A DNA stretch of 35,109 nucleotides from Clostridium phage JD032. The stretch is from the sequence record MK473382.1; one strand, written 5' to 3'. Under the pieces are notes generated by a model that saw nothing but the letters and a program-made list of their open reading frames with translations, made no database searches and was not told the DNA's origin. Shown piece by piece: positions 6,778 to 13,785 of the stretch. Numbering within the stretch: position 1 is the stretch's first letter; every line of letters starts with the position of its first letter. The position numbers were made by a program, and so were the translations under genes.

Positions 6778-8925
6778 TTACATAAAACCTTTTAGTAACA
6801 ATAGTTTTTCCTCTTCATCTAAAGAATTTAACATTCTATCTTTTGTATGTTTTATAGCACGTTCTAAACTCTTATCTTTTTCGTCTAATTCTAAATCTTT
6901 TTTTATGTCATCTATAGTAATATATCTTTTTATATTATTAATCCTAATTCTTGACCTTGGTTCAGTATTAGGATTAATATTTTTATAAAAAAAGATATAT
7001 TCTAATACTGAACCACTTCTATAGTTTTTGTTTTCTATTACAAAAATTTCATTCAATATAATCTCTAATTTTTTAGTATTTAACCCCCAATTTTCCCCTA
7101 AAATTGTTCTTAAATCGTTACTTAACTCTTGCAAATGCAATTTTGTATAAGATGTTCCAATTCCAAATAGCTTATCTATGAAATTAAATACTGTAACTTG
7201 AATAAGTTCATCATTTAAAAATTCCGGACATTCTTCTTTTAATTCTCTATATACCAAAATGTTTATCTTATTAAATATTGTTCCACGCTTTCTATTTTCT
7301 GTATTTGCTAATTTCCACGCAAGGTCTAAATCAAATTTATTATCTAGCACATAGTTAGAATATAGTTCTAACATGCTATTACTTTTACTTTTCTTTACCA
7401 AATTATGTATGTCATACGCTCTGTAAGCCTCTAAGCACCCTTTTGAACTTAGTTTCATATCATTATGATACTGCATTAGTGAAAAGCTCTTAGAATTGCT
7501 TTTAATCTGTCTATAACCTACCAAAATTTCTTTATGTTCTTTTAAAATATTTCTTGTTGCTTCTTTAATTTCTTTTACAACTTTTTTATATTCTTTTAAT
7601 TCTTTTTCATTTGTTTCAATTTCTTTAGCATCAGTTATATTAACATTATCGAAGTATTCTTCTAATAAAACTTTAAAACTTTGTATTGTTCTTGTGTTGT
7701 AATAGTTACTGTAAATTTGGCTTTTTATATACAGTTTATCTACTTTGTAACAATTGTCTTTCATACAGTAATAAACATTTGAATCAATTCGAATTGGTGT
7801 AGCATTTATCCCAACCGTTTCAAACATTAGGGTATGTTTAGATACTTTGTTATAAGCATCTTTTAAGATAGTTGCTTTTTCTATATTTTTATCAACCAAC
7901 CATTCTATTTTATAGACATTACACTCTTCTTTGTATTTATTGAATATGTGTACATTTACTTTTTTTAAATTTCTAAACCTTGCAACATATTGCTTTATAG
8001 CTCCAATATCTTTTATATTAACAATAATTATATCTGTGATATCTTTGTTGTTTATATTTACACCAGCTAGGATTGTTGTTGTATTTAAAAGCGCTTCGTA
8101 ACCTTCCATGTCTGAATTTTTCATTATTCTATTGTATAACTCATTTTCTTCTTTACCGTCTGAATACACAACTCCTGCATTCTTATTCACTGAATCTTTT
8201 ATAAATTCAAGAGTTGATATATCATTCATCAACATGGCGCTGTTTTTAGATTTATTTATTATGTTAATCATTTCAGTAAAATTTTTATTGTCAAAGTCGT
8301 TGTACAATTTAACTTTATATTCTGTTTTTTGCTTTTGAGTGTACTCTATTATGTAGTCATATATTTCAAATTCAAGTTTTGTTGGTGTTGCTGTAATGTC
8401 TATTCTTCCTTTGCACTTAGACATTATATTATTTAGATTTTTTATTGCTTTTCCTCGATATGCATCTGTATAAGTTTGATGTATTTCATCAACTACAATT
8501 ATGTATTCGCTTAAGTCTGTATTTATAAGTTTTTCAGTTTTATCCCAAGTCATTACAACTAAGTTGCCACTTTTAAATGCTTCGCTAACAGGTATTTTGT
8601 CATACGCTCCTGGTATATCATATTCGTGCATTGCTTGCTCTACATTTGAAGCATTTGGAAGTATGAATAATGCTTTAGTTTTTAATTTTTTTAATGTATT
8701 TATAAAACTATAACTTTTTCCTGCTCCCGTCGGCGCAATGAATAGAGTTTTCCCTCCATTTAAAGCGTTGGCTATAGCTGTTTTAATTCCTATTTTTTTT
8801 TCGTTTATATATTTTTTTATTTCGTATGTTTCATGTCTATTGAAATTTGAATAATTTTCTTTTTCATGTTCTGCCCTTTCAGCGTTGCATTCTTCTAGAA
8901 ATAATTTATTTATATTATTTTTCAT
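6778..8925 (-). CDS. SF2 DExH-box helicase with a large C-terminal domain of unknown function
   Basis: 715 aa. Motif I LFIAPTGAGKSY, motif II IIVVDEIHQ, motif III ITATPT, motif VI-like QYVARFRN, all within the first 330 aa or so. The remaining 380 aa have no recognisable motifs. GGGGGA RBS 7 nt upstream. Confidence 0.8.
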   Translation of the reverse strand: MKNNINKLFLEECNAERAEHEKENYSNFNRHETYEIKKYINEKKIGIKTAIANALNGGKTLFIAPTGAGKSYSFINTLKKLKTKALFILPNASNVEQAMHEYDIPGAYDKIPVSEAFKSGNLVVMTWDKTEKLINTDLSEYIIVVDEIHQTYTDAYRGKAIKNLNNIMSKCKGRIDITATPTKLEFEIYDYIIEYTQKQKTEYKVKLYNDFDNKNFTEMINIINKSKNSAMLMNDISTLEFIKDSVNKNAGVVYSDGKEENELYNRIMKNSDMEGYEALLNTTTILAGVNINNKDITDIIIVNIKDIGAIKQYVARFRNLKKVNVHIFNKYKEECNVYKIEWLVDKNIEKATILKDAYNKVSKHTLMFETVGINATPIRIDSNVYYCMKDNCYKVDKLYIKSQIYSNYYNTRTIQSFKVLLEEYFDNVNITDAKEIETNEKELKEYKKVVKEIKEATRNILKEHKEILVGYRQIKSNSKSFSLMQYHNDMKLSSKGCLEAYRAYDIHNLVKKSKSNSMLELYSNYVLDNKFDLDLAWKLANTENRKRGTIFNKINILVYRELKEECPEFLNDELIQVTVFNFIDKLFGIGTSYTKLHLQELSNDLRTILGENWGLNTKKLEIILNEIFVIENKNYRSGSVLEYIFFYKNINPNTEPRSRIRINNIKRYITIDDIKKDLELDEKDKSLERAIKHTKDRMLNSLDEEEKLLLLKGFM
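6929..7016. repeat. copy B of the same element, inside the 3' coding region of the helicase gene
   Basis: Contains a perfect 13-bp inverted repeat GTTCAGTATTAGG...(36 nt AT-rich)...TCTAATACTGAAC. On the minus strand it encodes ...FYKNINPNTEPRSRIRI... Confidence 0.5.
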
Positions 8926-9014
8926 TTTAAATCCCCCTTATTTTACAGGGAAAAATAAAACCTATTTTCTGTTTTTTAGTAGAATTTTACTAATTAAAAA
9001 TACTCTAAAAAAAC

Positions 9015-9043
9015 TTGATTCCTATTGCTTTTTGCTCTATAAT
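9015..9043 (+). promoter_or_regulatory. consensus sigma-A-type promoter (TTGATT, 17 nt, TATAAT)
   Basis: TTGATT at 9015-9020, 17-nt spacer, TATAAT at 9038-9043. No ORF start within 300 nt downstream. Confidence 0.55.
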
Positions 9044-9049
9044 AAGAAT

Positions 9050-9162
9050 ATAGCAATTAGAAAATAAGGATATTTGCGTATCCCAAAATAAGGGTCCATT
9101 TTCCCTGATGGTGAGGAATACTATTGTTTGACGGCAAGTGAGTATTCCTCTTTTATTTTTTT
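9050..9162 (+). ncRNA. candidate ~110-nt small RNA, or terminated leader/attenuator upstream of the exonuclease gene
   Basis: Predicted transcript from the promoter above to an intrinsic terminator GAGGAATACT-(18 nt)-AGTATTCCTC + TTTTATTTTTTT (9113-9162). Internal small stems GGATAtttgcgTATCC and AGGGtccattttCCCT. Confidence 0.35.
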
Positions 9163-9304
9163 GTATTTAAAAATCTAATTTAAAAAAATCGGCTTATTCT
9201 CATTTTATGATTATAATTATATCACATTTAATTTATAAAAAAATATACTGTTTTAAAAAATCAATTAAATTTTAGAAATATTTTTTTAAAATGTTAAATT
9301 TTAC

Positions 9305-9340
9305 TAAGACTTAGTATACAAACTAAGTCTTATTTTTTAT
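9305..9340. promoter_or_regulatory. perfect 11-bp inverted repeat plus T-run directly upstream of the exonuclease RBS (operator or attenuator hairpin)
   Basis: TAAGACTTAGT-atacaa-ACTAAGTCTTA followed by TTTTTTAT. Sits 28 nt before the GTG start of the 9369 gene. Confidence 0.4.
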
Positions 9341-9368
9341 AATTAAACTGTAAAGGGGGAATGGCTTT

Positions 9369-10091
9369 GTGTTTAATTCAGTAAAAAGATTTTTAAAAAC
9401 ATTAAAAGAACCAGTTCTAACTGAATTTGATATTGCAAAACAATATGATTTTAGCAAAGAACTTTCTAGTGATATAATTAGTTCTTTTAAAAGTCAAAAA
9501 GAAATTGAGTACGAAAAATTTATTAAATTTACAAATTCTAGAAATAAAGTTTTAGAGCATTATATTGTCTTTGATGTAGAGACAACTGGTTTAGATGCTT
9601 CCAAAGAAGATATTATCGAGATAGCAGCTATTAAATTTGAAAGGGATATCCCAAGCGAAATTTTTAGCACATTTGTGAAGCCAAGTAAGAGTATAAGAAA
9701 AAAGATAACTGATATAACAGGGATAACAGACGAAGACGTTGTTAATGCTCCAAGCATTGAGGAAGTGCTTCCGCACTTTTTGAATTTTATAAGTGATTAT
9801 ACTCTTATAGCTCATAACGCTATTTTCGATATGGAGTTTATATTAGATAAATTATATAAGAATGGATATAAAAAGGTTACTAATAAGGTTATAGATACAT
9901 TAACTTTGTCAAGAAAGTACATAAGAACTTATGAGGGTAAAAAACTAAAAAGTTATTCTTTGCCTTCTTTGCACGAAGAATTAGGATTGAATTATAGTTC
10001 TCATAGAGCATTAGAAGATTGCAAGAGTTGCGCATCAGTTTATAAAGCTTGCAAAAGCGAAATGAAGTTTAAAGATGAATTAGTTTATTAG
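9369..10091 (+). CDS. DnaQ-like DEDDh 3'-5' exonuclease (DNA polymerase III epsilon-like) with an N-terminal extension of about 60 aa
   Basis: Exo I IVFDVETTGL, Exo II LIAHNAIFDMEFI, Exo III YSSHRALEDC. GTG start with AAAGGGGGA 8 nt upstream. Confidence 0.8.
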   Translation: MFNSVKRFLKTLKEPVLTEFDIAKQYDFSKELSSDIISSFKSQKEIEYEKFIKFTNSRNKVLEHYIVFDVETTGLDASKEDIIEIAAIKFERDIPSEIFSTFVKPSKSIRKKITDITGITDEDVVNAPSIEEVLPHFLNFISDYTLIAHNAIFDMEFILDKLYKNGYKKVTNKVIDTLTLSRKYIRTYEGKKLKSYSLPSLHEELGLNYSSHRALEDCKSCASVYKACKSEMKFKDELVY

Positions 10092-10209
10092 TTAGTTGTT
10101 AAAATATGTTATAATAATTTTAGCAAGGAAAAAAGTGATTGAAAAAGCGTAAGAGTGGCTATTTCCATATTTAAACGCCAAATTCCATAACGGAAGGAGG
10201 TGGAACAAT

Positions 10210-10308
10210 ATGGTGATAAATTTTTTATTGAGTATACTAGCTGGTGTTATATCAGCTTTCTTATATGAAAAAATAAAAAACCACTCAAACGCCAATAAGA
10301 GTGGTTAA
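10210..10308 (+). CDS. type I toxin-like small hydrophobic peptide (32 aa)
   Basis: MVINFLLSILAGVISAFLYEKIKNHSNANKSG, one predicted TM helix followed by a polar tail. Strong RBS GGAAGGAGGTGG 9 nt upstream. The 3' end overlaps a convergent predicted antisense transcript. Confidence 0.45.
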   Translation: MVINFLLSILAGVISAFLYEKIKNHSNANKSG

Positions 10309-10376
10309 AGAAAATAAGTTATTTTTCAAAACATTGGAAATAGCTACTCTTGTGTAAAGTAAATCATTATTTCCTT
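10266..10376 (-). ncRNA. candidate antisense (antitoxin-like) sRNA convergent with the 32-aa peptide gene
   Basis: Minus-strand extended -10 TGaTATAAT (revcomp of about 10383-10393). Transcript ends at hairpin AACCACTC-(12 nt)-GAGTGGTT (10279-10306) followed on the minus strand by TTTTTTATTTTTT. Overlaps the last 43 nt or so of the peptide ORF. Carries the complement of motifs TAAGAGTGG and AAACGCCAA that also occur in the peptide 5'UTR (10150-10181). Confidence 0.35.
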
Positions 10377-10570
10377 GCTTTTATTATATCACATTTTTTA
10401 AAAAAAGATACAATTTTACATCATTTCTAATATACTAAAATCTTTACTTTTTACCAAAATTTGTTTAAAAAATAGGAGAAAACTATTGTTTTTGACGCCC
10501 CGTCATGGTGTAATATATTTATAGAGAAGGAGGTGAGAAAGCAAAAAAATAAAAGAAAGGAGGCACAGGA

Positions 10571-10699
10571 ATGGGGAGATTAGAAAGAAGTAAAAAGAAA
10601 AGAGAAAACAAATTTAACATAGTTAAAAAAGTTTTCTCCTTCATCCTATTATTACTTAACATAATCCTCGCAGTTCTAAGAATTTTAAAAGAGCTGTAA
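10571..10699 (+). CDS. small membrane peptide (42 aa) with its own promoter and terminator
   Basis: MGRLERSKKKRENKFNIVKKVFSFILLLLNIILAVLRILKEL, basic N-terminus and a C-terminal TM. Promoter TTGACG, 16 nt, TATATT (10492-10519). Two SD sequences (AAGGAGGTGAG, then AAAGGAGG 7 nt before the ATG). Confidence 0.45.
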   Translation: MGRLERSKKKRENKFNIVKKVFSFILLLLNIILAVLRILKEL

Positions 10700-10705
10700 G
10701 GATAG

Positions 10706-10745
10706 CCTAGAGAGAATAACCCTTCTCTCTAGGTGACTTCTTTCT
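10706..10745 (+). terminator. hairpin terminator after the 42-aa peptide gene
   Basis: CCTAGAGAGAA-taaccc-TTCTCTCTAGG, an 11-bp perfect stem. The T-run is weak (tgacTTCTTTCT). Confidence 0.4.
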
Positions 10746-10936
10746 AATATTATAACACATTTCTAAAAAACATGAGTGATAAATTTTATAAGATTTGTAT
10801 TGTTTTAGTTTTAATAACTATAGTTTTAAATATAGTATCTATAGTATTAAACTCTAGTACAAGCAACATACTCGGTTTAGTTTTTAGTGTTGTATTATTA
10901 TTTTTCTTTGTAATACAGCAAAAAAGGAGCTAATGA

Positions 10937-11119
10937 ATGAAAAAAGAAAAAAGAGATTTAAAGTTTAACTTTCATAAAGGTGGGAGTGGGTCGTTTACTC
11001 CTAGAATGAGTGTTCCTAAAAAATGGGCTGATGAAATGGGCATAACAAGAGAAAACCCTAATGTTACGGCAACATTCGAGGGCGACAGGATAATAATTGA
11101 AAAGGCTAAGAATGAATGA
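10937..11119 (+). CDS. AbrB/MazE/SpoVT-family (swapped-hairpin) DNA-binding protein
   Basis: 60 aa. RMSVPKKWADEMGITRENPNVTATFEGDRIIIEK matches the AbrB-N looped-hinge pattern. AAGGAG 7 nt upstream. Hairpin/T-run terminator follows at about 11131-11172. Confidence 0.6.
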   Translation: MKKEKRDLKFNFHKGGSGSFTPRMSVPKKWADEMGITRENPNVTATFEGDRIIIEKAKNE

Positions 11120-11164
11120 CTTTTTCTATAAAAGAAGGTTGCTTTTTTCTTAGCCTTCTTTTTT

Positions 11165-11396
11165 TAAATTTTACTATAATATAAAAATAATACTGTAATA
11201 TTATAAAAATATTATTTTAGTATTGTATATACAATATTTTAGTATTTTTAATATAATATATTGGTATTGTAAAAGCAATATGTAAATATTGTATTTATAT
11301 TATTTGAATATTGTAATTAACAATATTAATATATTGTTGCAATATTATAAAAACAATACTACAATATTATTATAATATTATAAATATAATAATGAG
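11165..11396. repeat. AT-rich array of AATATTG/CAATATT palindromic sites upstream of parA (candidate centromere/operator)
   Basis: Perfect palindrome ATTGTATATACAAT, AATATTGTAATTAACAATATT, AATATTGttgCAATATT, aatactgtaatatt, acaatactacaatatt. At least 8 copies of the heptamer in 230 bp. Confidence 0.5.
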
Positions 11397-11405
11397 GTGG
11401 AGAAA

Positions 11406-12215
11406 ATGGCTAATACAAAGCTACTTACGTACTTTAACATAAAAGGAGGTATCTATAAGACAACAACGTCTATAATGACAGCGTATGAACTTGCGAAAGA
11501 TAAAGATAAAAAAATACTCTTATGGGACTTAGATGTACAAGCAAATCTAACACAATATGTTTATGAAATAAATCATAATGATAATACTACATTAGATATT
11601 TTAAAAGGGATTAGTGCTAATGATGCAATAGTCAAGTCACCTAATGAAAATTACATTAATGTAGACTTAATTCCTTCTGACATACAAATGGCTAGATTTG
11701 AACAAGAGCTATCACCTTTACCAGCCAGAGAAAAATTTTTAGCTCGCTGGTACATGCAAAACTTTAATACTTTGAGTGAGTATGATTATATTATCTGTGA
11801 TTTATCTCCACGCTACGATTTGACAGCTAAAAATGTGCTTTTCTTAGCAGATAGTATAATTATTCCAATTCAAGATAAAAACATTTCTTCTTTAAGAGGA
11901 GCAGAATTATTTAAACAACTCTGGGATGTTGATAGAACCTATTTTGATAAGGAGGATAATATAAAAAGTACTATTTTAGTTGGATTTGAGAAGAAGAAAA
12001 CTCAAATTAGCGATACTTTCGATTCTTATCTGGAAGGGTTTAACGATATGAGAGATATTATGTTAGATACATACATTAGAAAAAATGAGTTTATAGAGAA
12101 GGCACTATTAAAAAAACTATCTCTAACAGATTATACAAAAATAACTAAAGAGCATTTCAGCAGACAGGAATTTACTAATATGTTAGAAGAATTGAAAAGA
12201 AAAGGAGTGTTATAG
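11406..12215 (+). CDS. parA: ParA/Soj-family partition ATPase
   Basis: Deviant Walker A NIKGGIYKTTTS near the N-terminus. 269 aa from the ATG at 11406 (GAGGTGG RBS 5 nt upstream). The track start at 11397 is an upstream GTG. Confidence 0.85.
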   Translation: MANTKLLTYFNIKGGIYKTTTSIMTAYELAKDKDKKILLWDLDVQANLTQYVYEINHNDNTTLDILKGISANDAIVKSPNENYINVDLIPSDIQMARFEQELSPLPAREKFLARWYMQNFNTLSEYDYIICDLSPRYDLTAKNVLFLADSIIIPIQDKNISSLRGAELFKQLWDVDRTYFDKEDNIKSTILVGFEKKKTQISDTFDSYLEGFNDMRDIMLDTYIRKNEFIEKALLKKLSLTDYTKITKEHFSRQEFTNMLEELKRKGVL

Positions 12216-12551
12216 ATGCCAAGATTCGACGGAGAACTTTTATCTAATAAAGAAAAACCAGTTTTTAAAAAAAATGGAACAATCATACAAAATGATTCTA
12301 CAACTACAGACAATAAGACATTAAATATATATAATCTAGTTAATAAGAAAAGTAAAAAGGTAACCATGAGCGCAACGCTTGATGAAGAACTTGTAAATAA
12401 ATTAAAATCTTTTTCTATTGATATGAACAGTGACGTCAGTAAATTATTAAGCGATATACTAACTCGGATTTTATCTGATGTCACTATAAAAGAAGAGAAT
12501 TTAAATATATACAACGAGAGAAATAGAAGAAATAAGACTAAGAAAAAGTAA
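12216..12551 (+). CDS. ParG/omega-like ribbon-helix-helix centromere-binding protein (ParB analogue of a type Ib system)
   Basis: 111 aa. ATG immediately follows the parA stop. Disordered N-terminus, then C-terminal TMSATLDEELVNKLKSFSIDMNSDVSKLLSDILTRIL (beta strand, helix, helix). Basic C-tail. Confidence 0.5.
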   Translation: MPRFDGELLSNKEKPVFKKNGTIIQNDSTTTDNKTLNIYNLVNKKSKKVTMSATLDEELVNKLKSFSIDMNSDVSKLLSDILTRILSDVTIKEENLNIYNERNRRNKTKKK

Positions 12552-12690
12552 ATAATATTATATTTATATTGTTTAGATATTACTTAAATATTGTATATAT
12601 AATATTTAAGTAATATTTTAATATTATTTTTGCAATATATTGATATTGTTTAAATAATATGTTTTAACTATAATCTAAAAAGGGGTTGAA
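12552..12690. repeat. second cluster of AATATTGTATA palindromic sites downstream of the par operon
   Basis: TACTTAAATATTGTATATATAATATTTAAGTA (12-bp inverted arms), atattgtttagatatt, ttgcaatatattgatattgtttaaataatatg. Confidence 0.45.
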
Positions 12691-12695
12691 AAAAA

Positions 12696-12995
12696 ATGGA
12701 TGTTGAACAATCTAAAAAAGTTTATCTAAATATTGGAAAAGAGTTATCTGAAAAAATGACTAAATCTGAATTAAATAAGTTTTCACAAGAAGTTGTAAAT
12801 TTTTTGCGATACGCTGGATTTGATAAGGATATGAAAATTAAACTATTTCAGACAATCATAGAAGCAGTTGCGAGAAAAAAAGTATCATTGCCAAGCGACA
12901 GCGAATTTACGGAAGGAATATTACAAAGCGACGAAGCAGAAATGACAATGAATGTAGGATTTTTAATCGAAGGATTGAGTTATCGTAATAATTAA
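12696..12995 (+). CDS. hypothetical protein
   Basis: 99 aa ORF preceded by an RBS and followed by a strong terminator. Confidence 0.45.
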   Translation: MDVEQSKKVYLNIGKELSEKMTKSELNKFSQEVVNFLRYAGFDKDMKIKLFQTIIEAVARKKVSLPSDSEFTEGILQSDEAEMTMNVGFLIEGLSYRNN

Positions 12996-13014
12996 ATCTT
13001 TAGCATTAAAAAAA

Positions 13015-13047
13015 GCAGTGTATTTATTGAATACACTGCTTTTATTT
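13015..13047 (+). terminator. rho-independent terminator
   Basis: GCAGTGTATT-tattg-AATACACTGC followed by TTTTATTT. Confidence 0.6.
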
Positions 13048-13205
13048 CCGCATAGTTAATCTAAAAATAATGTGATATTATATTATTTCTTTATAAATTA
13101 AATTGACATTTAAATCCCTCATAGTTAATCTGAAAATTCTTATTACAATATCATTTCTAAATAAATTAAAAAATATTTTAAATCCCTTATAGTTAACCAA
13201 AAGCG
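13043..13205. repeat. three degenerate tandem 69-bp units, each carrying C(A/T)TAGTTAA(T/C)C next to an A-tract (iteron-like)
   Basis: Cores at about 13051, 13120 and 13188. Units also share at(t/c)atttct..ataaattaaa. TTGACA at 13093-13098. Confidence 0.5.
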
Positions 13206-13238
13206 ATACTATATACATTAATAATAATACTCTTCTAC

Positions 13239-13709
13239 TTAATTTTCAACTATATTTTGTAATTCTTGTTTACAATTTTCAATGCCTTCACGTAATTTTT
13301 CTAAAAAAGCTGATGAGCTATCATCTATATTTCTTTCAGCGATTTCTTCGAAATTTTCTTTATTGAATTTTTCATAACTATCCCAATTCAAACTTTTATC
13401 TTCCTTTTCACACCATTTTTCGAACTCTTCATAATCATTTACATGGTAAATTTCTCCAAACATATCGTCTAAATGAGTTGGCGCTTGATTTAATGTGAAA
13501 ATATTAATTTCTTTGTCATCATCTAAAAGTTTAGCCCAAGTTTGAACTGCTATCGCTTCAACTTTTCCTTGTATATCGATATAAATTTTTATATCATTAG
13601 TCTCTTTGATTAAACAACTTTCTTTAAAAGCTTTTATAGCTTCTTCTTCTATTTTATCTATATTCATATCTATAACTCTTAAAAATCTTCTAGCTTTTTG
13701 TTTATTCAT
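13239..13709 (-). CDS. hypothetical acidic protein (cargo gene 1 of the duplicated promoter cassette)
   Basis: 156 aa, D/E-rich. AGGAGG RBS. Driven by promoter copy 1. Confidence 0.5.
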   Translation of the reverse strand: MNKQKARRFLRVIDMNIDKIEEEAIKAFKESCLIKETNDIKIYIDIQGKVEAIAVQTWAKLLDDDKEINIFTLNQAPTHLDDMFGEIYHVNDYEEFEKWCEKEDKSLNWDSYEKFNKENFEEIAERNIDDSSSAFLEKLREGIENCKQELQNIVEN

Positions 13710-13749
13710 TTTTTATATCCTCCTTTTGATTATTTCTTTCTTTAATTAT

Positions 13750-13778
13750 ATTATAAACGTTTGCGTTTATTAAGTCAA
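13750..13778 (-). promoter_or_regulatory. consensus promoter copy 1 (TTGACT, 17 nt, TATAAT) with imperfect palindrome ATAAACG-N4-CGTTTAT in the spacer
   Basis: Minus-strand sequence TTGACTtaataaacgcaaacgttTATAAT followed by AGGAGG and the ATG at 13709. Overlaps the last codons of the AP2 gene. Confidence 0.55.
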
Positions 13779-13785
13779 TAGTTTT

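Noticed and set aside
10771-10857. ATG-initiated ORF upstream of the AbrB-like gene
   Set aside because: It terminates after 28 codons and has no RBS. Only the alternative GTG frame (10775..10933) gives a longer hydrophobic peptide, and that too lacks an SD. It is reported only as a low-confidence possibility.
13043-13205. The regularly spaced direct repeats looked like a possible CRISPR array
   Set aside because: The period is 69 bp with degenerate units and conserved inter-core sequence. There is no repeat-spacer dichotomy and there are no cas genes. This is iteron-like.
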